Shown: positions 1-8,470 of the stretch, one piece after another | Layout: each line of letters opens with the position of its first letter | How positions within the stretch are numbered: position 1 is the stretch's first letter | IMG/VR virus record: IMGVR_UViG_3300023184_000036 | Length of the DNA stretch: 64,000 nt | Origin: a virus | Reading direction: 5' to 3' (one strand) | Program-made: the position numbers and the translations under genes | The notes under the pieces: model-generated | Seen by the model: the letters and a program-made list of their open reading frames with translations, nothing else | The model's database searches: none | What the model was told of the DNA's origin: nothing

Positions 1-68
1 TCATATGGTATGGTTGTAGTGCAACCAGATAAAATCATTGCCATAATTGAAAATACTATCTTACGCAT
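1..68 (-). CDS. 5' end of a lipoprotein, probably curli secretion channel CsgG (runs off the window)
   Basis: ATG at 68 overlaps the csgF stop (TAATG). Translates MRKIVFSIMAMILSGCTTTIPY with lipobox LSGC. CsgG identity is inferred only from its position after csgF. Confidence 0.6.
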   Translation of the reverse strand, partial: MRKIVFSIMAMILSGCTTTIPY

Positions 69-517
69 TAGAACTTGAAACTCCCTATTGGAACTGTGAC
101 ATCAGTGCGATTACCACTTGCATCAATGACAGTTAATGTAATTGTTTGATTAACACTGTCTTTTAACCATGTTAAAGTGCTACCTTCAAACTGCATTGTG
201 CCAGTAGTTGCCCCATCAGCAAACATAGCATTACTTAATTGCAAACTAAGTTGTGCATAGATGCGGCTTTCCAGATTGTTGAGAAACTTATTTAAATTTG
301 TGTTATTTGCCTTTGATTCAGCCGCTTCTTTTTCTGCTTTTATTGCTGCTTCACGTGCTTGACGACGAACAAATTCTTCATTTTCAATTGTCAGCGCATG
401 ACTGCTATAACCTTCACCACTAAATTCAGGATTTTTAAAACCAAAAACCATCTCACTTGCAAACACAGGTGTAGCAAACATCATTCCAGTGATGAAAAAA
501 GGCACAATTTTACTCAT
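68..517 (-). CDS. csgF: Curli assembly/transport component CsgF-like protein
   Basis: Signal peptide followed by the CsgF-type motif F-x-F-K-N-P-x-F-x-G, then FLNNLESRIYAQLS and a C-terminal G-x-x-T-x-V-x-V-P. Confidence 0.8.
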   Translation of the reverse strand: MSKIVPFFITGMMFATPVFASEMVFGFKNPEFSGEGYSSHALTIENEEFVRRQAREAAIKAEKEAAESKANNTNLNKFLNNLESRIYAQLSLQLSNAMFADGATTGTMQFEGSTLTWLKDSVNQTITLTVIDASGNRTDVTVPIGSFKF

Positions 518-520
518 ATT

Positions 521-549
521 AATCCTCTATTTTATTTATATAGAGGATT
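521..549 (-). promoter_or_regulatory. Hairpin with late promoter TATAAATA in the loop and GAGG RBS in the 3' arm
   Basis: Minus strand AATCCTCTAT-ATAAATAAA-ATAGAGGATT immediately upstream of the csgF ATG. Confidence 0.65.
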
Positions 550-560
550 TTTTAATAATA

Positions 561-1091
561 TTATGATAATTTCTTTATAGGTCTGCGAAATTCAACTATT
601 GATGCAACAGGGTATGCACTTATGTTAACACTTGCATCTTGGTTACCACCAAGTAGTTGAACATACTTTATACCATTATCAAATGTCCAACCATAAAAGA
701 AAGCGACATGACGACCACTTCCACCGCTACGGCGTAATAAAACAATATCACCTGGTTTTGGTTCTTTTACACGTAACCCATAATTGTGATAACTTGCAGC
801 ACTTAAGTTGCCAGTTGAATCATAACCTGCACGTTCTAATACATAGTTTATAAAACCAGCACACCAAGGAACTTTTACAGGATCAATATCTAAAATTGCT
901 TGTAATTCTTTGCGATTCTTTTTTGCATCATAACCATTATAATTCATGGCTATTTGCATTATATCACCACGGGTTTCACCAATGTGAAATCCATCGGCAC
1001 CCCAACTAAATGGAACAGTTAATTCAAAAGCATTTGCGTTATTGAAAGGTATTAGACAAATACCAATAATTGCTAATATTCTTTTCATCAT
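561..1091 (-). CDS. TIGR02594-family CHAP/NlpC-P60-like peptidoglycan hydrolase with signal peptide
   Basis: PWCAGFIN, SAASY, PGDIV, HVAFF and LLGGNQ motifs. Confidence 0.8.
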   Translation of the reverse strand: MMKRILAIIGICLIPFNNANAFELTVPFSWGADGFHIGETRGDIMQIAMNYNGYDAKKNRKELQAILDIDPVKVPWCAGFINYVLERAGYDSTGNLSAASYHNYGLRVKEPKPGDIVLLRRSGGSGRHVAFFYGWTFDNGIKYVQLLGGNQDASVNISAYPVASIVEFRRPIKKLS

Positions 1092-1112
1092 ATATTTATT
1101 TTGTATTAAATG

Positions 1113-1185
1113 CTGAGGAGCCAGGGATCGAACCTGGAATCTCTTGAGTCAAAGTCAAGCGTGTTGCCAGTTCCACCACTCCCCA
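1113..1185 (-). tRNA. tRNA-Gln(UUG), CCA not encoded
   Basis: Acceptor stem TGGGGAG/CTCCTCA, anticodon loop CT-TTG-AC, T-arm CCAGG-TTCGATC-CCTGG. Confidence 0.9.
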
Positions 1186-1283
1186 TTGCATAATCTAATT
1201 TAGCAGATTTTTTATACAAGTCAATTAAAATTATTGACCTGTCAAGAATATTCCTATATATTATTAAAATATACGGAGATAAT

Positions 1284-2315
1284 ATGTCAAAACGTGTTCT
1301 CATTACTGGTGGTGCTGGATTTATTGCACACCATGTTATTAATCACATTCTAAAAACAACTGACTGGGAGATTGTTAGCCTTGATAGGTTAGATTTCAGC
1401 GGTAATTTAAATAGATTGCACGATATGATGCAAGATCATAGTGCAGAAACCCAAAAGCGTGTAAAGGTGGTATACCATGATCTCAAAGCTGAAATCAATC
1501 CGCTTACACGCAGTCGTATCGGTAATGTTGACTACATCCTACATTTGGCTGCTGGCAGTCATGTTGATCGCAGCATCGATTATCCTATGGAGTTCGTCTT
1601 GGATAATGTTGTTGGAACTTGCAATATATTGGAGTTTGCTCGTTGTGTTGAAAATCTGGAAAGATTTGTCTATTTCTCCACTGATGAAGTCTTTGGGCCA
1701 GCACCTCATGGTGTCTTTTACAAAGAGTATGACAGATATAATAGCGGCAATCCGTATAGTGCTACAAAAGCTGGTGGTGAAGAATTAGCGGTATGCTATG
1801 AGAACACTTACAAGCTACCAGTTTATGTCACACATACAATGAATGTGTTTGGTGAACGTCAGCATCCTGAAAAATATATTCCAATGTGTATTCGTAAGAC
1901 ACGTGATGGACAAAGTATTACAGTTCATAGTGATTCTACTAAGACAATTCCAGGTAGCCGTCACTATATTCATGCACAAGATGTTGCAGAAGCATTAATG
2001 TTTATTCTTGGACTAAAAGATTTTGTAATGCCACCAGAATTTGGTGGTGCAAAATGTCCAAAGTTTAACATTGTTGGTAAACAAGAAATCAACAATCTTG
2101 AACTTGCACAGATTATTGCTGATAGTCAAGGTAAGCCACTTAACTATGAAATGGTTGACTTCCATAGTTCACGACCAGGTCATGATTTACGTTATTCATT
2201 AAGTGGTGATTTTATGCGTAGTCTTGGTTGGGAACCAAAAATTGATTTAACAGAACGTATTAAACAAGTTGTTGATTGGACACTGCAACGTCCAGATTGG
2301 TTAGATGTACAATGA
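1284..2315 (+). CDS. dTDP-glucose 4,6-dehydratase-like NAD-dependent epimerase/dehydratase
   Basis: TGGAGFIA, HLAAGSHVDRS, STDEVFG, YSATK and RPGHDLRY motifs (RfbB-like). Confidence 0.9.
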   Translation: MSKRVLITGGAGFIAHHVINHILKTTDWEIVSLDRLDFSGNLNRLHDMMQDHSAETQKRVKVVYHDLKAEINPLTRSRIGNVDYILHLAAGSHVDRSIDYPMEFVLDNVVGTCNILEFARCVENLERFVYFSTDEVFGPAPHGVFYKEYDRYNSGNPYSATKAGGEELAVCYENTYKLPVYVTHTMNVFGERQHPEKYIPMCIRKTRDGQSITVHSDSTKTIPGSRHYIHAQDVAEALMFILGLKDFVMPPEFGGAKCPKFNIVGKQEINNLELAQIIADSQGKPLNYEMVDFHSSRPGHDLRYSLSGDFMRSLGWEPKIDLTERIKQVVDWTLQRPDWLDVQ

Positions 2316-3046
2316 GTAAGAAAGTAGAAAAGAAATATGGTGTATTCATCACCAGTGCAATTAATGCAAAGTTTTCACTTTATAGTCCAGAAGAACGACT
2401 AGAACAAACACTTGAAACTATTGCAAGTGTTCGTGAACGTATTCCAAATGCTGTTATTTGTTTAACAGATTGTGGTATTCCTGGCTTGACTGATGAACAA
2501 ATTGAATTGCTTACAAAAGACGTAGATCATTTTATTGATTTTAGTCTTGATGATAATGTTGTGGAAATTCATAAAAATGTTCAAGTTCAGGATATTGTAA
2601 AAAATCTTACTGAAATGTGTGTGGTCCGTAGTTTCTTTACCTACGCACTTGAAGAAGGTTGGTTTGATGGTTGCGACCGTATTTTTAAAGTAAGTGGTCG
2701 TTATACACTCACTGACCGCTTTAATACTAAAGATTATGAAAATGATATAATTGGTGACAAATATGTTGTAAGCAAACGTATGTTAAGCCAATTTGCTCAC
2801 GGTATCACTGGCATTGACCAACAGTATATGTTACGTGTTTATAGCTTTGGTGCAAACCGTCAACGTGAATTTTTAATGCTTCTTGAAGATATGATTAACC
2901 ATATGCAAGAACGTGTAAGCGTTGGTGGATATATTGATATTGAGCATCTTTGGAACAAATTCTTGCCCAAAGATGCTATTATTGAATTTGATCGCACTGG
3001 TGTTCGTGGTCACGTAGCACCAAACGGAACATTTATTGAAAATTAA
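2312..3046 (+). CDS. Hypothetical protein, possibly glycan-related
   Basis: ATGA overlap with the dehydratase stop; ITSAI...ERLEQT and RIFKVSGRY motifs. Confidence 0.6.
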   Translation: MSKKVEKKYGVFITSAINAKFSLYSPEERLEQTLETIASVRERIPNAVICLTDCGIPGLTDEQIELLTKDVDHFIDFSLDDNVVEIHKNVQVQDIVKNLTEMCVVRSFFTYALEEGWFDGCDRIFKVSGRYTLTDRFNTKDYENDIIGDKYVVSKRMLSQFAHGITGIDQQYMLRVYSFGANRQREFLMLLEDMINHMQERVSVGGYIDIEHLWNKFLPKDAIIEFDRTGVRGHVAPNGTFIEN

Positions 3047-3273
3047 GCCTGTTTAGGATATATTTTTTCGATATCATATTCACGCAAATCAAGCAGTTTT
3101 GATGTACCATCAGTGGTAACAATAGCAACGCCAAGACCACTTTCTTGGCGTACATCAGGATAAGTCACTGCACTTACATAATCAGCATAATCAGTATTAG
3201 CAATAATACGCTTAATATGATTAAGAATTTTAAGATGTTTGAATTTATTTGAACAATCGATAACTTCGGACAT
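3043..3273 (-). CDS. Hypothetical protein
   Basis: Start coupled to the upstream stop (TAATG). Confidence 0.6.
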   Translation of the reverse strand: MSEVIDCSNKFKHLKILNHIKRIIANTDYADYVSAVTYPDVRQESGLGVAIVTTDGTSKLLDLREYDIEKIYPKQA

Positions 3274-3617
3274 TATGCAGCCTCTACGACATGACGACAG
3301 TTGCGACGAAATTGAAAACCACTGCAAGTGCAAGATTTATACTTACCATCAATGGTAACAAGATATGTGTTGCCTTTGCTACCACTAACTTTAATCGTGC
3401 GTTTTGCAACAGGTTCAGCAACAAACTTTTGTTCAACAAGTTCATTGTCAATTTTAGTAATATGCTCACGTGCGATGATACGAACAGGAAATTGGCGATC
3501 ACCCGTTGATAATGCAAGAGCAGGATAATCTACCCATTTAGGAACTGGCATTTCCTCACCACTATAAACAATTTGGGTTTTACGACCATAAAGGTTATTT
3601 TGGACTGTGACGTTCAT
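3273..3617 (-). CDS. SWIM-type zinc finger protein
   Basis: GSKGNTYLV...CTCSGFQFRRNCRH (CxC-x8-CxH). Confidence 0.8.
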   Translation of the reverse strand: MNVTVQNNLYGRKTQIVYSGEEMPVPKWVDYPALALSTGDRQFPVRIIAREHITKIDNELVEQKFVAEPVAKRTIKVSGSKGNTYLVTIDGKYKSCTCSGFQFRRNCRHVVEAA

Positions 3618-3627
3618 ATCTCACCTA

Positions 3628-3864
3628 TCAAGCCGCTTGACGTTTTTCTTGCATCATTTCGGCAAGAATAAACTTGGCGATATTCATCTGTTTGCGGATG
3701 CGTTCTTTGGTATCGACGCCGTAGTTCTGCATTTCTTGGCAATCGCTCAAAATACCCATAACAACCATTTCCATACCTGACAACTTGGCGGTAATACTAT
3801 TGATATATTGGTTACGGATATCGGCTTTGGACATACCAAACATCTGGAAATCTGTGTCAGTCAT
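3628..3864 (-). CDS. Hypothetical early protein
   Basis: GGAG RBS; lies downstream of a sigma70-like promoter. Confidence 0.7.
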   Translation of the reverse strand: MTDTDFQMFGMSKADIRNQYINSITAKLSGMEMVVMGILSDCQEMQNYGVDTKERIRKQMNIAKFILAEMMQEKRQAA

Positions 3865-3893
3865 GTTGTTTCTCCATCAACAATCTATGACTT

Positions 3894-3921
3894 ATAATAT
3901 CATATATTTGGGGGTTGTCAA
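3894..3921 (-). promoter_or_regulatory. Sigma70-like (early) promoter
   Basis: TTGACA-N16-TATTAT on the minus strand. Confidence 0.6.
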
Positions 3922-3925
3922 GCAA

Positions 3926-3954
3926 AAAAAGCACCGTAAAAAACGGTGCTTTTT
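3926..3954. terminator. Intrinsic terminator (bidirectional shape)
   Basis: AAAAAGCACCGT-AAAAA-ACGGTGCTTTTT. Confidence 0.75.
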
Positions 3955-3980
3955 CAATGGGTTAGCAATTATATAATATA

Positions 3981-4916
3981 TTATTTCTTATAAGTTGCCT
4001 TGGTAGCTTCAAAATACTGCTTAACTTCCTCTGCGGTCAAGGCTCTGTTATAGACAGTTACCATACCAACAGAACCAGTTAAACTTTCGTTAAACTTTGC
4101 TTCTGTATTAGTAGTTACTGGTTGACGACCAATATAGAATAAGTCTGGTATTGTATTAAGTTGTGTTCTTGGAACCCAAGACTGTTTAGTTTCACCATCG
4201 TCAATATAAATTGTGTTGGTTGTGCCATCAAATGTAGCAACCATCAATATCCATTGATCAACAAATGCTGTTGACATTTCTTGTTTTTGGTAGTTATTAG
4301 TTCCTACTTGAGGATCTGTAAATGAAGTCCAGCCATCATAGTTACCATTGTATAGCATTGGACGAGCATCCCAAGTACTACCTAATGAGTATAGATAACC
4401 TGATTCATTACGTCCAAAACCAAGAACATACTGACTAACAATTTTACCGTATCCAGGAATAACTGATTGTCCAAATGGTTTAAACTTTACCCATGTTGCA
4501 AATGTACGAGGTTTTTTAGCATTTAACTGATAACCTAATTGTTGTGTTCCGTTAGGATCACTCATTTTAGCAAAGTCAGCTGCACTCATACCAGGTATAC
4601 TGGTAACATGCTTCTTTGTATCAATTTTAAATGCATTATGATTAACAACGTCAAAATTGAAACATTTATTTACTGCATCATAAGTTGGAGTGTTTGTCGG
4701 TGCTACAGGAACAGCATCCAAACCACGACCTGTTTGATCAATCCAATTACCAGTGCCATTATATTTTGAACCATCAAGATGTAAAAATGGGTCTTTTGGT
4801 ATTTCTACTTTAGGAACAAATGTGCAATAATCACTCAAAATTGTTCCAACTGCACATAATTTTGCTTTTATATCGTTTATTTCAGCTTGTAATGAATCTA
4901 ATGTAGGTGCTGCCAT
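3981..4916 (-). CDS. LamG/concanavalin-like lectin domain protein, probably virion-associated
   Basis: LHLDGSKYNGTGNWIDQTG, TFATWVK, ATFDG...IYIDD and VYNRALTAEEV motifs. Confidence 0.75.
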   Translation of the reverse strand: MAAPTLDSLQAEINDIKAKLCAVGTILSDYCTFVPKVEIPKDPFLHLDGSKYNGTGNWIDQTGRGLDAVPVAPTNTPTYDAVNKCFNFDVVNHNAFKIDTKKHVTSIPGMSAADFAKMSDPNGTQQLGYQLNAKKPRTFATWVKFKPFGQSVIPGYGKIVSQYVLGFGRNESGYLYSLGSTWDARPMLYNGNYDGWTSFTDPQVGTNNYQKQEMSTAFVDQWILMVATFDGTTNTIYIDDGETKQSWVPRTQLNTIPDLFYIGRQPVTTNTEAKFNESLTGSVGMVTVYNRALTAEEVKQYFEATKATYKK

Positions 4917-4988
4917 CTATGTCTCCTTTTGAGTGTGAAATACGCTGCACCAATATTTACCTAAATGACACTTCATAAAAACGTCAAA

Positions 4989-5012
4989 GAAAAAGACCGC
5001 CGAAGCGGTCTT
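4989..5012 (-). terminator. Intrinsic terminator with UUCG loop
   Basis: Minus strand AAGACCGC-TTCG-GCGGTCTT-TTT. Confidence 0.85.
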
Positions 5013-5016
5013 CTAA

Positions 5017-5412
5017 TTACTTTGCTTTTTTAGCCTTGGGCTTTTTAGGCTTTTCGGCGGTTTCTGCCGCCTTTTTTGGCTTTGCAACACGTAGTTTTTT
5101 AGTTGTTGCTTCTGGTTCCGTTGTAATAATTGGGGTGCCAGCGGTTACAACTACTGGTGCAACTTCAACACGGTTTGGGTTCTTATCGCTAATAGCCCAT
5201 TCAGCATCACTTAACTTATGCAATCCAACACAGTAACCAGTTGAACTGCGACCACAACCACACTTTGGTGGTTCCTTCTTTGCTGCTTGCTCAACAATTT
5301 CATCAACTTTTAAAGTTTCAGATTGTTCAGACGCATCATCTTTGTGACTTAAGAGTTTGTAAATTAATGCAACTCCTGCAGCCACTACTAGTAGAACGAG
5401 AATAGTTCCCAT
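5017..5412 (-). CDS. Membrane-anchored CDGSH-like Fe-S motif protein with Lys/Ala/Pro-rich tail
   Basis: N-terminal TM helix; CGCGRSSTGYCVGLH; C-terminal KPKKAAETAEKPKKPKAKKAK. Confidence 0.6.
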   Translation of the reverse strand: MGTILVLLVVAAGVALIYKLLSHKDDASEQSETLKVDEIVEQAAKKEPPKCGCGRSSTGYCVGLHKLSDAEWAISDKNPNRVEVAPVVVTAGTPIITTEPEATTKKLRVAKPKKAAETAEKPKKPKAKKAK

Positions 5413-5478
5413 TGATATCTCCTTGGTATTACTATTTACGTTCTACAGTATGCCACAAAACAAAAAACATGTCAAGTA

Positions 5479-5850
5479 TTATTTGTAGCTTGGAGTATAA
5501 TACTTAAATGCTTCTTTCCAGAAAGTGCTGTAAAGGTCATTGCTAACCTGTTCTTGCATCTTCTTGAAATGCTTACCACTATAAATCTGGTCAGCAGTCT
5601 TTTGCATTTCGCTTGCGATAGTGCCAGCTGCTGATGATGTTGCCTTTACTGCTTCTTTTGTATAAGTTGTTTGAGCATCAATAAATTCATTCATAGTTTT
5701 TGACACATTGTCACTATAAACAAACATCTTTACCCAATCTTTCTTTGCTTTTTGTACTGTATCAATAAATTCATCTGCATTGTTAAACATTTCTTTATCC
5801 TTTTCTATGTTGTAAAGCGTATCCGCTTCTTCATTTGTGTAAGGCCACAT
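5479..5850 (-). CDS. Small helical protein, possibly phasin-like
   Basis: AAGGA RBS before ATG 5850; amphipathic helices FIDTVQKAKKDWV and FIDAQTTYTKEAVKA. Confidence 0.5.
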   Translation of the reverse strand: MWPYTNEEADTLYNIEKDKEMFNNADEFIDTVQKAKKDWVKMFVYSDNVSKTMNEFIDAQTTYTKEAVKATSSAAGTIASEMQKTADQIYSGKHFKKMQEQVSNDLYSTFWKEAFKYYTPSYK

Positions 5851-5860
5851 TTTTACTTCC

Positions 5861-5906
5861 TTATTGCACTGCATATATTTATACTGCAGTGCAACAATTA
5901 TGTCAA
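5861..5906 (-). promoter_or_regulatory. Promoter TTGACA-N17-TATAAATA flanked by inverted TGCACTGCA boxes
   Basis: Inverted repeat 5861-5873 / 5885-5897 surrounding TATAAATA at 5876-5883. Confidence 0.65.
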
Positions 5907-5915
5907 TATATTATT

Positions 5916-7007
5916 TTAGAAAAGATCAATATTTTCCCAAGGCAATCCATCCTTACCAAAATGTCCATAGTTTGTAGTAGAACTATAGATAGGACGGAAT
6001 AGATCAAACTTGTTAATGATACCAAGTGGTGTTAGGTCAACATTATCACGTATCCATTTTGTCAACCCACGACTATCGCCATTACTTTCAACATAGAAAC
6101 TCATTGGCTGTTCAAGACCAATAGCATAAGATACCTGAACTGTTGCCCAATCTGCACGACCACTTGCTACAATGTTCTTGGCAAGATAACGCATCATATA
6201 AGCAGCAGACCTGTCTACCTTTGTAGGGTCTTTGCCACTAAAAGCACCACCACCATGTGGAGCATAGCCACCGTAAGTATCAACAATAATCTTACGACCA
6301 GTTAAACCAGTGTCACCGTCTGGTCCACCAATAACAAATCGTCCAGTAGGATTGATATGAAACTCTGTGCGAGTATCAACCAAACGGTCAGGAAGCACAC
6401 TACGAATAAGTTGTTCTACTCGTGTGCGAACCGTATACATATCAGTGTCTTCACTGTGCTGTGTAGAGCAAACTACCTTGTCAATGCGGAATGGATTGCT
6501 ATCATCATTATATTCAACAGTAATCTGGCTTTTAGCATCTGGACCAAGCCAATCACGACCACTCTTACGATGCTCTGTTAAAGCCTTTACGACTTCATGA
6601 CTATAATGAATAGCACTTGGCATAAAGTTTGGTGTTTCATTAGAAGCATAACCAAACATTAATCCTTGGTCACCAGCACCAAATGTATCGGTGCCAAGTG
6701 CAATATCAGCACTTTGTCCATGCATTAGGTTGAGAACTTCAACTGTACGCCAATCAAATCCACTTTGCTCATAACCAATGTTTCTAATGGTATTGATAAC
6801 GGTTGCCTCAACCAAGTGACGGTCAAGTTCACCTTTGTATTCACCTGCAATAACTACCTTATTGGTAGTAACAAGTGTTTCACACGCACAACGATAAGAT
6901 TTATCCTGTGGTGCCATCATCAAATCCAAAACCGCATCACTGATTGCATCAGCAACTTTATCTGGATGTCCTTCACTTACGCTTTCACTTGTAAAAAGAT
7001 AACTCAT
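5916..7007 (-). CDS. metK: S-adenosylmethionine synthetase
   Basis: FTSESVSEGHPDK, GAGDQG and GGGAFSGKDPTKVDRSAAY signatures. Confidence 0.97.
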   Translation of the reverse strand: MSYLFTSESVSEGHPDKVADAISDAVLDLMMAPQDKSYRCACETLVTTNKVVIAGEYKGELDRHLVEATVINTIRNIGYEQSGFDWRTVEVLNLMHGQSADIALGTDTFGAGDQGLMFGYASNETPNFMPSAIHYSHEVVKALTEHRKSGRDWLGPDAKSQITVEYNDDSNPFRIDKVVCSTQHSEDTDMYTVRTRVEQLIRSVLPDRLVDTRTEFHINPTGRFVIGGPDGDTGLTGRKIIVDTYGGYAPHGGGAFSGKDPTKVDRSAAYMMRYLAKNIVASGRADWATVQVSYAIGLEQPMSFYVESNGDSRGLTKWIRDNVDLTPLGIINKFDLFRPIYSSTTNYGHFGKDGLPWENIDLF

Positions 7008-7029
7008 TTTGTATTTTTCCTTTTTAATA

Positions 7030-7419
7030 CTATTTTCCGTATTTGTGGTCTAATTCTTTATAAAAACTTTTACGTAATCTAATGATAGGTTCTGGTTCTT
7101 TTATATTTTTTTTATTAGCAGAACCTTTTCCACCGTCTGTGTAATTTTCTAATATTCCTGTATTGTTGTCTAACCTACCATAATGTTTTATCAATGATTT
7201 TTCTATTTCATATGCTTCATCTTCCGACAAATCATCAATGATAATATTAATTCTATCGTTGTAGCGAGGAACTAAAATGTCATCATGCTTACGAAAGGCA
7301 CGATTTCCTTTTCCTTTTCCAATGTAATAAGGAGTTCCATCTTCACGAAGATATTCGTAAACATAATATCTCCTATATACATTTCCTGTTGCTGTGTGTG
7401 TTCTAAAAGATTTACGCAT
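7030..7419 (-). CDS. GIY-YIG family endonuclease (free-standing, homing-endonuclease-like)
   Basis: YYVYEYLREDGTPYYIGKGKGNRA...AYEIE...N motif. Confidence 0.8.
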   Translation of the reverse strand: MRKSFRTHTATGNVYRRYYVYEYLREDGTPYYIGKGKGNRAFRKHDDILVPRYNDRINIIIDDLSEDEAYEIEKSLIKHYGRLDNNTGILENYTDGGKGSANKKNIKEPEPIIRLRKSFYKELDHKYGK

Positions 7420-8440
7420 TTGTTAATTCTTGAAATAATTTAGTGCTTGCAAGGTTCTTGGCTTTACTTTCTACTTGGATATCAAAGTTTTCCCAAAACT
7501 CTGCAACATATTGGTTGACAGCAGTGTTCCACATGAAATCACTGTGAGCACGAAGTTTTTGTTTCTTGTGTCCACTTTCAAGTAGTGTTGTCATGGCAGG
7601 ACGAACGCTATTGTCATGACCAACAAGAATAGACTCACTGCTGACGCTATAATGCATAGTTGGGCGCACACCACGCCAACTGTCAATAACACGCTTGATT
7701 TTGTCATCAGTAGGTTCAATATACTCTCCCGTTTTAACCCAATGATGGTGACAATCAAAAACAGTAGGAATGATATCTGCAAGAGATAAAGTGTCATCCA
7801 AACCATAACTATTCTCCTCGTTTTCTATTGTGACGAGGTTTCTGGCTTCTGTTGAAAGTTGGTTCCAAATGGCTCTAATACCGTCTGGACCTTTGCGACC
7901 CGATATATGGACATTAATTTTAAAACCATGGTCGTGAAAGCTGTTCCCGTAACCCATCCATCTAGCCAAATCAGTATGATACTCAAATTCACGGATTGAG
8001 TTGGCAACAATAGTTTCGTTATCACTAGCCAAAACGCAAAACTGACCAGGATGAAAACTAACCCGTATATCAAGCATACGAGCGGTCTCACCAATAGCAG
8101 CGCATTTTTTGGCAATGGCTTCTTTAACATCTGGTAACTGATAATAATAAGAGTAAGTTGGCTCAGTATAAACTGGAAACATATCACTAGATAGCCTAAC
8201 CATGCGTTGTCGGGGGTCCAAAGTTCCAACACGTTTGACCAATTCAAGTGTAGCATTTGTATTGTGCTCCATAATATCCCACAACCGCTGTTCGGCAACG
8301 GCACGTTCTTGGCGGTTAAGCCAAGCGACTGTGGTTGTTCTATTGTTAAGTTTTAGGGCTTCATCCTTGGGCTTGAAACCATCCATTTGACGTGGAAAGT
8401 CAAGCCATTTGCAGCAAAAACCGATACGTTTGTGTGTCAT
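7412..8440 (-). CDS. uvsE: UV DNA damage endonuclease
   Basis: RIGFCC, RLSSD, SFHPGQFCVL, IENEE, FDCHHH and RAHSD motifs. Confidence 0.9.
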   Translation of the reverse strand: MTHKRIGFCCKWLDFPRQMDGFKPKDEALKLNNRTTTVAWLNRQERAVAEQRLWDIMEHNTNATLELVKRVGTLDPRQRMVRLSSDMFPVYTEPTYSYYYQLPDVKEAIAKKCAAIGETARMLDIRVSFHPGQFCVLASDNETIVANSIREFEYHTDLARWMGYGNSFHDHGFKINVHISGRKGPDGIRAIWNQLSTEARNLVTIENEENSYGLDDTLSLADIIPTVFDCHHHWVKTGEYIEPTDDKIKRVIDSWRGVRPTMHYSVSSESILVGHDNSVRPAMTTLLESGHKKQKLRAHSDFMWNTAVNQYVAEFWENFDIQVESKAKNLASTKLFQELTNA

Positions 8441-8470
8441 ATTACTACTATACCACAGTTTTTTATAGTG

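Noticed and set aside
1106-1303. 65-aa minus-strand ORF
   Set aside because: Runs through tRNA-Gln and its promoter.
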